Shown here: positions 47,551 through 57,213 of the stretch, piece by piece | Layout: each line of letters opens with the position of its first letter | How positions within the stretch are numbered: position 1 is the first letter of the stretch | Origin: Candidatus Sericytochromatia bacterium | GTDB lineage: Bacteria > Cyanobacteriota > Sericytochromatia > S15B-MN24 > VGJW01 | Reading direction: 5' to 3' | Length of the DNA: 64,000 bases | NCBI GenBank assembly: GCA_035285865.1 | Contig: JAYKHS010000028.1 | Location: forward strand, 32,001-96,000 | Made by a program: the position numbers and the translations under genes | The notes under the pieces: model-generated | Database searches by the model: none | What the model was told of the DNA's origin: nothing | Seen by the model: the letters and a program-made list of their open reading frames with translations, nothing else

Positions 47551-48296
47551 ACACGACGCCCGATCCGGGCGACCTTCCGTGGTCGGATAAGGACGATGCC
47601 TGGCTGGAGGCCTTGGGCATCTCGCACCTGCCCGATGTTTGCGGGGCACTCGGCCGTTACCGCATCTTGCTCGAGGAGGCAAATGCGCGCCTGAATCTGA
47701 CTCGGGTAGAGGGTCCGGAGGATTTCCTGCGCAAGCATGCACTTGATGCCCTGGCCTTTCTCGCCGCGGTGCCGGCCGAATGGCGGGACCGCCCTTGCTC
47801 CGTGCTTGATGTCGGGACGGGGGGGGGGCTTCCGGGCATTCCGCTGTTGCTTGCCTGCCCCTCGTGGCAGGGTGTTCTGCTGGATGCCACGCGCAAGAAG
47901 GTCGAGGCCGTCCAATCCTTTCTGGACCCACTTGGCCTTTCGGACAGGGCTCGGGCCTTGTGGGGTCGGGCCGAGGATCCTGCCTGCCTGCCGGGCATGT
48001 CGTTCGGATTGGTCGTGGCGCGTGCGGTCAAGGATCTTGCGCTGCTTGCCACCTGGTGTGCTCCGTATGTGGCGCCGGGAGGACGCCTGGTCGTCTCCAA
48101 GGGGCCTCGGGGTCCCGAGGAGCTTGCGGGTGCTCGGACTGCGCTGTCCAGGGTCGGTCTGCGCCTCGTCGAGAGCCGGGAAGTCGCGCTGCCCGGGGGT
48201 GCCGGAAGCCGCTGGCTGATGGCGTTCGAGCGGCCGCTCGCGCCGTCTTCCCGACGTCATGGCGTCGATAGGAAAACGCAAGACGAGGGTATGTAG
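47547..48296 (+). CDS. rsmG: 16S rRNA G527 methyltransferase
   Basis: N.RLNLT, H.LDAL, DVGTGGGLPGIP, RAE, ARA, KG. Confidence 0.93.
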   Translation: MNTTPDPGDLPWSDKDDAWLEALGISHLPDVCGALGRYRILLEEANARLNLTRVEGPEDFLRKHALDALAFLAAVPAEWRDRPCSVLDVGTGGGLPGIPLLLACPSWQGVLLDATRKKVEAVQSFLDPLGLSDRARALWGRAEDPACLPGMSFGLVVARAVKDLALLATWCAPYVAPGGRLVVSKGPRGPEELAGARTALSRVGLRLVESREVALPGGAGSRWLMAFERPLAPSSRRHGVDRKTQDEGM

Positions 48297-48341
48297 GATG
48301 ATGGCGGGAGCCTCGAGAGAGGCACCCGGACGAGGTCATCC

Positions 48342-48749
48342 ATGAAGAACTTCGCCGTGGTTCAAGACCACTTCCGGAAACTCCGCTGCGCGCATTGCAG
48401 CGAGTCTTTCCAGCCGGAGGGCGTTCACCTTCTCCGAGAAGAGCGTGACTACTGGGTCGTGAAGGTCCATTGCAACGCTTGCGACCAGCCTGCTGGCGTG
48501 GCCATCGTGGGCGTGGAATACGATAATCGCGAACCCGAGATGCCCCTCGCGGCGCGGCGACCGGCGGGGCTTCCCTTGCGCCCCTTGGCGCGTGCCAAGG
48601 CAGTCTTTACCGATGCGCGCGAGGAAGAGCGCTTTTCCCGGATGGAGCCGATCACCGAGGATGAGGTCCTCGATGTCCATCGCTTCCTTAACGAACTCGG
48701 GTCCGACTGGTCGAGCCAGTTGCGGCGTGCAGGGCGCGGACGGTCCTGA
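48342..48749 (+). CDS. Zn-ribbon hypothetical protein
   Basis: CAHC...CNAC; C-terminal PITEDEVLDVHRFL; GAGG RBS. Confidence 0.75.
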   Translation: MKNFAVVQDHFRKLRCAHCSESFQPEGVHLLREERDYWVVKVHCNACDQPAGVAIVGVEYDNREPEMPLAARRPAGLPLRPLARAKAVFTDAREEERFSRMEPITEDEVLDVHRFLNELGSDWSSQLRRAGRGRS

Positions 48750-48798
48750 GTTCGGGTATCGGCTGGTCGTGGGGCGCCCCCGGGAAGCCGGTGCGCCC

Positions 48799-49731
48799 TT
48801 AGTGCATGCTCCACGTGCGTGAGGCTGCCACGCGGCCGATATTCTGCCTGAGTCGCTGGCCAATGCCAGGCTCCGCTGCGACCAGGCGAGCATAGTCCTC
48901 CAGGAGAAAGACCAGGGCCTTGCTGGCGGCGACAGCCGTGACCGTGGCACTGCGCACGGGTTTGCTCTGGATCAGGGCTGTCTCACCGACGATCTGATCC
49001 GGACCCAGACGCGCGAGCGCGAACGGACGACCATTCTGAATCACGGAGACCTCGAGTTGGCCTTCGAGGATCAACAGGAAGCTCGTGGCCGGATCTCCGG
49101 TCTGGAAGAGCTCCATGCCTTCGGCAAGAGGGACCACGCGTGCCACGGACTCGAGGGCGAGGCGTTGTTCATCCGTCAGACCCGAGAAGACCGGATGCCG
49201 CCGGATGCGTTCGAGTCGCGCCGCGCGCTCCTCCGAGATGCCCGTGGGTTTGGGCATCGCGAACTTGCCAGTCTTCGGGGCCTGAGCGTTGGCTGGTTCG
49301 GGCTCAGGCTTCTTCTTGGACTGGCTCGCCCACTCCCGCGTGGCCACGACCCGCCCGAGGTTGCTCCGAAGCGTCCTGCCCAGCTTGGGGTCCTGCTCGC
49401 TCAGCGCCTGATAGCCTGCGTACATGAAGCGATAGAGCTTGGCATCGGAAACGGCCACGACATCGGCTCGTCGTTCGGTGTCGTGCTGGATCAGGGGCAT
49501 CTCGCCCACAAGCTGTCCCGGAGCGATGGTGGCGACCGCCATGTCCTGAACCCGCACCTCGAGACGGCCTTCCACCAGCATGAAGAAGGCGTCTGCCTCG
49601 TCTCCCGTTCGGATGACGGCCTGACCCGCCTTTGCCGTGACCCGTTCCGCAATGGCAAAAAGCGCATCCAACTCAGCGGCCGAGAGGCCCATGAACGCAG
49701 GCAGCATCTGCAATCGGGCATGGTTCAACAT
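48799..49731 (-). CDS. Tandem cyclic-nucleotide-binding domain protein
   Basis: Two CNB repeats with GE...R.A.V cassettes and matching LRxNxGRVxAxRxW ends. Confidence 0.88.
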   Translation of the reverse strand: MLNHARLQMLPAFMGLSAAELDALFAIAERVTAKAGQAVIRTGDEADAFFMLVEGRLEVRVQDMAVATIAPGQLVGEMPLIQHDTERRADVVAVSDAKLYRFMYAGYQALSEQDPKLGRTLRSNLGRVVATREWASQSKKKPEPEPANAQAPKTGKFAMPKPTGISEERAARLERIRRHPVFSGLTDEQRLALESVARVVPLAEGMELFQTGDPATSFLLILEGQLEVSVIQNGRPFALARLGPDQIVGETALIQSKPVRSATVTAVAASKALVFLLEDYARLVAAEPGIGQRLRQNIGRVAASRTWSMH

Positions 49732-49818
49732 CCTGCGGCTTCCTCTGCCATGCACCTACCCGTCCGGAGAGCAGGTAAACGGGGGTGGCGACGGCCACAG
49801 ACGGACCCACGGTCGTCG

Positions 49819-51825
49819 GTGCATCGTCAAACCGTGCTGCAACGTCGACGTGTCGCCCGAGGACGGCACTTGCCCGTGGTCGCGGCCCTGCTCTGGGTCG
49901 CGGACCTCCCCGTTGCGCGCGCGGCACCCGGGCCTGTGGCTGGTCCCGTGGCGCCTGCCGTGCACGAACGCCTCGGGGAGCTGCGTCTGGTGGGGCTGGC
50001 CGGGGTTGTCCGCAGCAGGTTCAAGTTGTCGAATCCGGATCGCGAGGTCCTGGACCTGTTCGGTGTGCAGCCTCCTCCGGCCTACTGCGCCTCGCGCGTC
50101 TGGGAGGATGCTCGTGGCCGGGTGCTTTTGCGCAGCGGTTGGGATGCTGCGCTGCGCCGCTGGCGCTTCGTCCGTTCTGCCGGAGACGGCGCGGGTGCCG
50201 ACGTCGAGGATGCCGGCGGCACGTTGGTCTTCCGTGGGCCGGGGCTGCACGCCGCCCTGAAGGGTGCATTCGCCCCCGTGATGATGCGTCCGAATGGACG
50301 TACCGGTGCGACGGCCTCGGTCGGCGTTGCACCCGGCACGGCGACCGCCGGGACGCCGCGTCCGACGGGCCCTGCGGTCCCGACTGCGCCACCCGTTCGT
50401 CTGGTCACGCGGCCTTTCGACCCACCCGAGCCATTGGCAACATGGGGGCCGTTGCTGCCTCTGTGGCAACCCGCGCCCCGTGCATCCGTCCGACCGATCC
50501 CATCCGTGCGTCCTGCGAATCCGACACCTGCTCCCAGGCACTCAATGCTTCCGCCGGCGACGGCGGCCGTTGCTGTCGTCCTGCCACCGCTTCCGCTACC
50601 CCCGTTGCATGGCGTTCATCCTCGTCAGACCGTGCGGACTGGCCCGGAGTTGTTGGGCCCCTTCCTGCCGGCCATGTATCTCGGACCTCCGGTGCCCCGG
50701 GCCGTTGGGCAGCCAGCGGTCGGGGCTGCCGACGGTGGGCCGCATGGGCGTGCCCTTGCTGCAAACGGATCTTCTCGACCGGCGTGGGAAGTCGTCCGTC
50801 ACGGTACCGATGACGAGGGTGAACCGGATGTGCTGGCGCAGGCACCTTGGCCGCGGTCGCCGCAGCGCATCGAGCGACTGTCGCTCCGGAAGCAGCGCCA
50901 GGACACGGTCTTCGAGGTCGTGGCAGCCGGGGCGCTGACGGTCTGGATGGAGGCCCAGCCCCGTGACGCGCGCTGGATCCTGCGCTTCCCCAGGGCCGAA
51001 GTCCCGGCGGCCCCGCCACGTCCGCGCGGGGCGACGCGCCGACTTGCGCTCGGGCGCGACACGCGATCGTGGATACTCACGCTGGAACTGGATCCCGGCC
51101 AGTATGACGTCGAGGAGACGCGCATCAATGATGGTCGCGGCCTGCAATTGCGTTTCCATCGCCGCAGAACCGTGCCGGGGGATCGACCGGTGGTCGTGCT
51201 CGATCCGGGTCACGGCGGGGCGGACCCTGGTGCACGGGGCCCGATGGGGGTCACGGAGAGTCAGGTCACGCTCGACGTGTCCCGACGCCTGCGTCCCCTC
51301 CTGGAACATGCCGGCTTCCACGTGGTGCCCACCCGGACGATCGATGCCGCCGTTCGCCTCGGCGATCGCGCAGCACTTGCCGAAAGCCTGGACGCCACTG
51401 CCCTGATCAGCATCCATTGCAATTCCAGCCCGTTGCGCGAGGCCCGGGGCATCGAGACGTGGTTCCGCCACGAGGCCGGGTCGGGGCTCGCGCGCAAGGT
51501 GCACGAAGCGCTGGTCAAGGCCACGGGGCGTCCAGATCGAGGTGTCCGCCAGGGGCGTCTGATGGTGCTCAAGACGCCCGGCCTGCCGGGTGTCCTGGTG
51601 GAGATAGGGTTCCTGTCCCATCCCGACGAGGGCAACAGGCTCCTCGACGAGGAGCATCAGGCCCAGATGGCCGAGGGACTGGCACGCGGCCTTCGGCTGC
51701 TGGTCGAATCTGGCGAAGGAGCTGGAACCGTGGGGCGGCGGCGTCTACAGGACCAGCGAACTGGTGAGCCAAAGGTAGGAGCCCTTGGCATTCCCGAAAA
51801 GGCCCCCCACCGTCCCCGTGGCTAG
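49819..51825 (+). CDS. N-acetylmuramoyl-L-alanine amidase (Amidase_3) with Pro-rich linker
   Basis: LDPGHGG.DPGA, E, SIH.NS, VLVEIGF; start uncertain. Confidence 0.85.
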   Translation: MHRQTVLQRRRVARGRHLPVVAALLWVADLPVARAAPGPVAGPVAPAVHERLGELRLVGLAGVVRSRFKLSNPDREVLDLFGVQPPPAYCASRVWEDARGRVLLRSGWDAALRRWRFVRSAGDGAGADVEDAGGTLVFRGPGLHAALKGAFAPVMMRPNGRTGATASVGVAPGTATAGTPRPTGPAVPTAPPVRLVTRPFDPPEPLATWGPLLPLWQPAPRASVRPIPSVRPANPTPAPRHSMLPPATAAVAVVLPPLPLPPLHGVHPRQTVRTGPELLGPFLPAMYLGPPVPRAVGQPAVGAADGGPHGRALAANGSSRPAWEVVRHGTDDEGEPDVLAQAPWPRSPQRIERLSLRKQRQDTVFEVVAAGALTVWMEAQPRDARWILRFPRAEVPAAPPRPRGATRRLALGRDTRSWILTLELDPGQYDVEETRINDGRGLQLRFHRRRTVPGDRPVVVLDPGHGGADPGARGPMGVTESQVTLDVSRRLRPLLEHAGFHVVPTRTIDAAVRLGDRAALAESLDATALISIHCNSSPLREARGIETWFRHEAGSGLARKVHEALVKATGRPDRGVRQGRLMVLKTPGLPGVLVEIGFLSHPDEGNRLLDEEHQAQMAEGLARGLRLLVESGEGAGTVGRRRLQDQRTGEPKVGALGIPEKAPHRPRG

Positions 51826-53157
51826 ATCCAGCCTGAAGAAGCGCAGATCCAATCCGAGGCCCACGCCACCCATCGGATAGGCACCGCCGAGGCGGACACC
51901 GGTGCGCAGGGCCAGCCAGCGTCCCAGCGGCCGGCCTTCGAGGCCCATGGATACCTGAGGGTTGCGTGAGACCCCGAAGCCCTCGCCAAGTCCCTGGGAA
52001 AGATCCATGGCGAAGCTGTAGGGAGACCGGGCATCTCCGAGAATGTCCGACAGCCTGCCGCGCAGGCCGAGGTCGCCTTCCCAGGCGAGGCCACCGCGCA
52101 GCAGCAGTGGCACGGTGACCGTTCGCCGAGCTTCACCGTCTCGTGAGCCGATTCCGTACTGCGTGACGTCCGAAAAGTCCGGGGCCTTGGGCGTGCCGCC
52201 CGAGAGGTCCAGCCCCAGGGTGGTCGGCGGCAGGACCAGGTCGACGGTCTTGTCCGTCCAAGGGCCTGCCTGCAAGGTGCTGCCGATGTTCGCTGCCATG
52301 ACGCTCCACGTGACGTTGTCATTCCAGCGATTGGCGAAGCCGATGTCGAACAGCAGGCTTTCCTGCGGCCGGGGTGGCGCGATGGCCGTCGGTGCGGAGA
52401 GCACGCCTTCGTAGCGGAGGTGACCATTGGCTGACAGACGTCCCTCCTCGTCGACCGTAAGGGCAGAACCCGAGGCCTCCGTGACGGAAGCAAATGCCAT
52501 CGCCGGGATATAGCGCGCCGTGATCCCCAGGGACGAGGCCTTGCCCAAGCCCAGGGGCAGGGGAATGGCGTGCGAGACGGCGACATTCGCGACGCCGTAG
52601 GCTGCTGCCCCCTGCAAGCCGGCGAGCGGAATCGAGGAGGCGTTGGCGTTGCCACGCAGGAGGAGGTCGACGAGCCCTCGGGGAATGCCGATGTTGCGGA
52701 TGCTGGTGTCGAGGGTGGCCGAGATGCCGGTGCGGAGGAACGGACTGGCAACGGCGACGCGCACCCCGCCATCCCCGATCAGGCCCACGCCTTCTTCGGG
52801 GAGACCGGCAGCGAACGTGGCCCATTCCGCCTCTGTGAACGTGCGGCGCTTGCCATCAGCATCCGGCAGCAGGGTGCGCAGCGTGTCGAAGGAGGCAAAG
52901 GTGTTGCCTAATCCGGCGCCGACGCTGGAACTGAACAGCAGGAAATTGCCCGGCGCGCGCCGAGGCATGGCCAGCAGGGCAGGGTTCCACAGGCCTTGAT
53001 CGGCTTCGTCCGCGATGGCGGATTGGGCGCCACCCATGCCCATCGCCCTTGCCGTGCTGCTGCCTGAGGCTGAGGCCGGGTTCGCCAGGCCGGCAAGGCT
53101 CAGCAGGGCGAGGCCAAGGCCGGCCACGACGGGCTTGCGGTTGCGCAAGGGCATCAT
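51745..53157 (-). CDS. FadL/TraF-like outer-membrane beta-barrel protein
   Basis: Signal ASA; ARAMGMGGA and WNPALL; amphipathic C-terminal strands. Confidence 0.7.
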   Translation of the reverse strand: MMPLRNRKPVVAGLGLALLSLAGLANPASASGSSTARAMGMGGAQSAIADEADQGLWNPALLAMPRRAPGNFLLFSSSVGAGLGNTFASFDTLRTLLPDADGKRRTFTEAEWATFAAGLPEEGVGLIGDGGVRVAVASPFLRTGISATLDTSIRNIGIPRGLVDLLLRGNANASSIPLAGLQGAAAYGVANVAVSHAIPLPLGLGKASSLGITARYIPAMAFASVTEASGSALTVDEEGRLSANGHLRYEGVLSAPTAIAPPRPQESLLFDIGFANRWNDNVTWSVMAANIGSTLQAGPWTDKTVDLVLPPTTLGLDLSGGTPKAPDFSDVTQYGIGSRDGEARRTVTVPLLLRGGLAWEGDLGLRGRLSDILGDARSPYSFAMDLSQGLGEGFGVSRNPQVSMGLEGRPLGRWLALRTGVRLGGAYPMGGVGLGLDLRFFRLDLATGTVGGLFGNAKGSYLWLTSSLVL

Positions 53158-55589
53158 CGGGCACCTCCCGAGGCCTTGAGCAGCTCGGGTGACAGGAGGA
53201 CGCCGAGGTAGGCCTTGAGGCGGAGGCGCAACTCTGCCGAGTTCCGGATCTCGAGTGCTTGGCCGTTGCTTCCCGACGAAACCGCACGGATGCTCAGGTT
53301 ACGGATGTCCGGCAGCGCGGCCACCTCGTCCGGTCCGAGATCCAACAGCGACACCGCCGTACTGCCGTCCGCGCTACCTAGGCGCAGCGTCCGCGAAAAC
53401 GCCGCGCTGCCGTCCTGTTTCAGAAAGTCCAACAGGATGTCGATGGGCAGGCCCCAGCCGTTGTCGATGCGGAACTCGAGCGACACGCGGCGTAGATGCT
53501 TGCGCAACTGGTCCAGCGTCGTGGCGTCCAAGCTGGCGGACAGGTCGAGCGGGCTGGTCGAGGCCGGCGGCCCGGGCCGCTGTCTGCCGGGGCCGAACTC
53601 GTTGTAGCGCAGGGCCAGTGGCATGGCCAGCTTCAGGGAACCGCCCATCCGGTCGGCACGGGTCAGGCGCACGGAGGCCCCCTCCCCCACGAGGAGGCGG
53701 GAGTTGATGCGCAGTTCATCGATGCCCAGCGCGATCAAGTCCAGCAGGTCGGTGTTCCGTTCGTTCAGTTCCAGGACCGTGGATTGCGTGGCCGCAGGCG
53801 CACCGGCAGCGAATGCCCCGTCGAAGGCGTCGGGTCCGGTCGTCTCGAAGCGGACGGAGGCTGTCGCCGGGCAGCCGTTGCTGCCGGGAAAGAGGTCCGC
53901 ACAAGTCTGGGCCGAGGCCGAAGCCGAGATGCTCGCTTCGAGGCGTGGGTCGAACCGTCCGACGATGCCACTGGCATTGTCGAGGCGGACTTGCATCGTG
54001 AAACGCCCCGGCAGGATGCCGTAATCAAGGAAGTCCGAGGGCAGAGCGATGGGTGCTTGCGCCGGTACGGCCTCGGTTCTGTCGATCTTCGCCTGCAAGG
54101 TCGTGATGCCGATAGGCGAAAGCGAGACCGTGCCCGACGCTTCCTGGCTGGTGACGAGGGTTGCGGGCACCCGGACGCCGCCGCGAAGGTGACTGCGGTC
54201 TGCCGTCGTGGCCAGAAGGTTCACCTGGGCCGCGATGGCGATGCCCTTGATGGGCGTGCCTTGGTCATCCGTCAGGGCCCGGGGACGCATCTTCGTGCCG
54301 GCGAGGTCCAGCGTCCACGTGACGGTCTGTCGTGCGTTGATGCCGAGGCGCAGGCCGCCGCCCGGCAGCGTGCTCGAGGGAGGGGCAGTGCCCGCATCGA
54401 CCGTGGCTCGGGCCGACGTGAGGTTTTCGAGACCCTCGAATGTCAGGTCCAGGTCCAGATCGGCATCGAGGCCGTTGGCCATCGTCAGCCGCAGCGAGCC
54501 CGAGGCGAGGTCGACTTCCTCCAGGTCCAGGATGCCCTGGTCCTGCGGCAGCTGAGCAGCGATGTCGACGGCCTTGCGGATGGCCTGCTTCAAGGCGTCG
54601 GGAGTCGGGAATCGCGGTGAACCGGCGTCATTGCGGCCCATCGCGGGCAGGTTCACGTCCACCTCGTCGGGCAAGATGGTCACGGCCGTCGTGCCCACGG
54701 CAAACGAACCGTTGTCGAGGTCGATGTCTCCGATGCGTGTGCCCACCGGCACCGTGCCGCTGATCCGGACGGCCATAGAAAGGGGGGGCAGGAGCTCACC
54801 GGTCAACGGCATGGTGACGTTCGCCGCGCTCTTGGCTCCGATGGCACGCACTACGCGTTGCAACTCCGTGCCGGCCCTGTCCGTCAGCACCATGGTCAAG
54901 TTCGCGTTCGTGACTGTGTCGTTGGTGATGGGGATGACCAGCTCGGAACCTGCTTTGAGGCGCATCGCCACGACTTCCGGGGGCATCTCGACCGGAATGC
55001 GGGTGGTGGGGCTGGGCCCGAAGGCCAGTTCGGGCACAGTCACATTGGTGAGGAGAGGGTTTGCCAAGGCCGTCGCGAGCGGGATGTTCACGGGGCCGGC
55101 GATGGGATCCACGACGGGAATGTTCACGTTGCCGAGGCCCGTGTCTGCGAGAAGGATTGGAGCTGGGGCAGGCACGGTCGTGCTCAGGTCCGGCAGATTG
55201 ATGGGCGCGGACGGGATGTCGAAGCTGAGCGGGATGGGGATGTCCTTGTCGAGGAACGTGCCGAGTTCGACGGGTCCGAAGGTGGCCACCTCGGAAGCGT
55301 AGGTCGGAACGTCGTTGGAGTCCGTCGACCAGGAGCTGGCAGCCGGACCCTTGGCAAGTGACTTCTGGAAGACCAGGTCCCCGAAAGTGGCCTTCGTGTC
55401 GCCGAGTTGCACCGTCAGGGCCACGGGGAAGTCCGGCAGTGCCGACAGGAAGTCAGGGGAGGACTTGCCCTCGCTGTCGGTGGTCTTCGGGATGCGATCC
55501 GCCAGGTACAGCACGTCCTGAATGCCGCAGCCGGCGAGCACCATCGCGAGTGCGGAGGCAGCGGTCAGGAGGGACGGGCTCTGGCGCAA
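53154..55589 (-). CDS. Large beta-rich lipoprotein
   Basis: GGAGG RBS then TTG; lipobox LAGC; stop overlaps start of the barrel gene. Confidence 0.75.
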   Translation of the reverse strand: MRQSPSLLTAASALAMVLAGCGIQDVLYLADRIPKTTDSEGKSSPDFLSALPDFPVALTVQLGDTKATFGDLVFQKSLAKGPAASSWSTDSNDVPTYASEVATFGPVELGTFLDKDIPIPLSFDIPSAPINLPDLSTTVPAPAPILLADTGLGNVNIPVVDPIAGPVNIPLATALANPLLTNVTVPELAFGPSPTTRIPVEMPPEVVAMRLKAGSELVIPITNDTVTNANLTMVLTDRAGTELQRVVRAIGAKSAANVTMPLTGELLPPLSMAVRISGTVPVGTRIGDIDLDNGSFAVGTTAVTILPDEVDVNLPAMGRNDAGSPRFPTPDALKQAIRKAVDIAAQLPQDQGILDLEEVDLASGSLRLTMANGLDADLDLDLTFEGLENLTSARATVDAGTAPPSSTLPGGGLRLGINARQTVTWTLDLAGTKMRPRALTDDQGTPIKGIAIAAQVNLLATTADRSHLRGGVRVPATLVTSQEASGTVSLSPIGITTLQAKIDRTEAVPAQAPIALPSDFLDYGILPGRFTMQVRLDNASGIVGRFDPRLEASISASASAQTCADLFPGSNGCPATASVRFETTGPDAFDGAFAAGAPAATQSTVLELNERNTDLLDLIALGIDELRINSRLLVGEGASVRLTRADRMGGSLKLAMPLALRYNEFGPGRQRPGPPASTSPLDLSASLDATTLDQLRKHLRRVSLEFRIDNGWGLPIDILLDFLKQDGSAAFSRTLRLGSADGSTAVSLLDLGPDEVAALPDIRNLSIRAVSSGSNGQALEIRNSAELRLRLKAYLGVLLSPELLKASGGAR

Positions 55590-55624
55590 GCAGGGATCCT
55601 CCATCGTGCTACCATCGGTGCACC

Positions 55625-56596
55625 ATGATAGATCACGGGGACGGACCGTTCCTTCCTGCCGATTGGGAGGCGGGCTGGCAGGTCTGGCTGCGTGCCGCAT
55701 TGTGGCAGCGGGCCGTTGCGGAACAGGGCGCAGGGGATGCCGCCCGTCGGGCTGTCCTCCAGCGGCAGGTCCCCGATGTCGCGCCCCTCGTCTCGGCGGA
55801 CTGGGTCGGCGCTTTTGCGGGCACGGGCTCCGCGCCTCCCTGGCCGGGCGGCTTGCCCGAGAAGCTTGCCGGGATGCTTGAGGAGCTCGAGGCTGCCCTG
55901 CTGCGGATCGGTTTCTGCGAGGTGCCCTCGGCCTACATGGCCTGGTTGGACCCGGGCTGGGGCGCGTGGCCGCCGGCGGCGCTTGCGCCGCGCCCTGTGG
56001 AGCGCGACGAGACCGGCTTCGTGCCGTTGCCCGTCGGTGAGGTCGCGCTGCCCCTTGCCTGGCCTGCGGCCATCGCGTCGGTGGGCCAGCCCGTGGGAGG
56101 TTGTCCGCCCAGGGACTGGTCTGCATTGCTCCTGCTGGCGCGGTCACTGCGCCGCGCCCGGGCCGGGATGCCGGCCGTCCTGGACCTCGGGGAAGAGTTC
56201 CCCCGTGGCGCTGTCGTTGCCGGAGTGGCCGAGCGGTTGCATGAAGGTCTGCTGGCCTCGGCCCTGCCCGTCTCCGCGTTGGCCGACGTCAGGGCCGGAA
56301 TCGGAGCCCTGGGTGACGGAGCGGTGCTTCGCGGAGGTGCGCTTTATGCGGTCCTCGACGGCTTGCGTGAGGAGCCCGTGATGCCCTGGGAGCTCCAAGC
56401 GGGTGCTTGGCTGGCCTTTCGCACCATGAGGGCTGGATGGTCGGCCCAGGCCCTTGCGCATGCCGGAAGCCCGGCCGAGGCCACCGAACGCCTGGGAGCG
56501 ATGGTCGGGGCCTTCATGGAGCTCGTGCGCAAGTCCCTGGAGACGGCTGCGCTGCATCGCCTGTTGCGGGATGCCGTGCCCGGGAGGCCCGCATGA
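55625..56596 (+). CDS. Hypothetical protein
   Basis: ATGA-coupled to dcd; Ala/Trp-rich helical sequence. Confidence 0.6.
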   Translation: MIDHGDGPFLPADWEAGWQVWLRAALWQRAVAEQGAGDAARRAVLQRQVPDVAPLVSADWVGAFAGTGSAPPWPGGLPEKLAGMLEELEAALLRIGFCEVPSAYMAWLDPGWGAWPPAALAPRPVERDETGFVPLPVGEVALPLAWPAAIASVGQPVGGCPPRDWSALLLLARSLRRARAGMPAVLDLGEEFPRGAVVAGVAERLHEGLLASALPVSALADVRAGIGALGDGAVLRGGALYAVLDGLREEPVMPWELQAGAWLAFRTMRAGWSAQALAHAGSPAEATERLGAMVGAFMELVRKSLETAALHRLLRDAVPGRPA

Positions 56597-57213
56597 TTCT
56601 GAACGAGCGGGACCTGCTCGAGCGCCTGACGACGTCGGATGAGCATCGGCGCGTGGTGGTCACGCCCATCATCGAGCCGCGCGAGCAATTCGGTCCTACA
56701 TCTCTGGACATCCGCCTCGGCACCGACTTCAAGGTGGTCGACGTAGCCAATCTGACCCATCTGGACCCGGCCCGGACCATGGCCGACGAGCCCGTGCCCA
56801 TGCGGGCCTACGAGGTGCGTCCGGGCAAGGCGTTCATCCTGCATCCGGGCGAGTTCGCGCTGGGGGCGAGTCTCGAGTTCGTGCGCATCCCCGAGGATAT
56901 TTCCGTCCGGGTCGAGGGGCGCTCGAGCTGGGGGCGGCTCGGCCTGCTCATTCACGCCACGGCGGGCTTCGTGGACCCCGGATTTTCGGGCAGCATCACC
57001 TTCGAACTCAACAACATCAGCCGAGTGCCCATCGCCCTGTACCCCGGCGTCCGCATTGCCCAGCTCTGCTTCTTCGAAGGACGTCCCACAGGCCTTCCAT
57101 ACGATCGCAAGACTTACACCAAGTACTCGGGCAAGACCGGCGCCTATGGCTCGAATGTCCATCGGGATCCGGAATATGCCCGGTTTCGTGATGCGGGGCC
57201 GGCCACGCCGTGA
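56593..57213 (+). CDS. dcd: dCTP deaminase
   Basis: SLDIRLG, LHPGEF, GRSSWGRLG, TAGFVDPGF.G.ITFE, IAQL, KY. Confidence 0.93.
   Translation: MILNERDLLERLTTSDEHRRVVVTPIIEPREQFGPTSLDIRLGTDFKVVDVANLTHLDPARTMADEPVPMRAYEVRPGKAFILHPGEFALGASLEFVRIPEDISVRVEGRSSWGRLGLLIHATAGFVDPGFSGSITFELNNISRVPIALYPGVRIAQLCFFEGRPTGLPYDRKTYTKYSGKTGAYGSNVHRDPEYARFRDAGPATP

Noticed and set aside
49057..49818. N-terminal extension of the 922-aa amidase ORF
   Set aside because: Overlaps the CNB gene antisense; a signal-like segment begins near 49819
56593..57213. dCTP deaminase as an antiphage gene
   Set aside because: Motifs are those of the trimeric housekeeping Dcd, not the Zn-dependent defence deaminase
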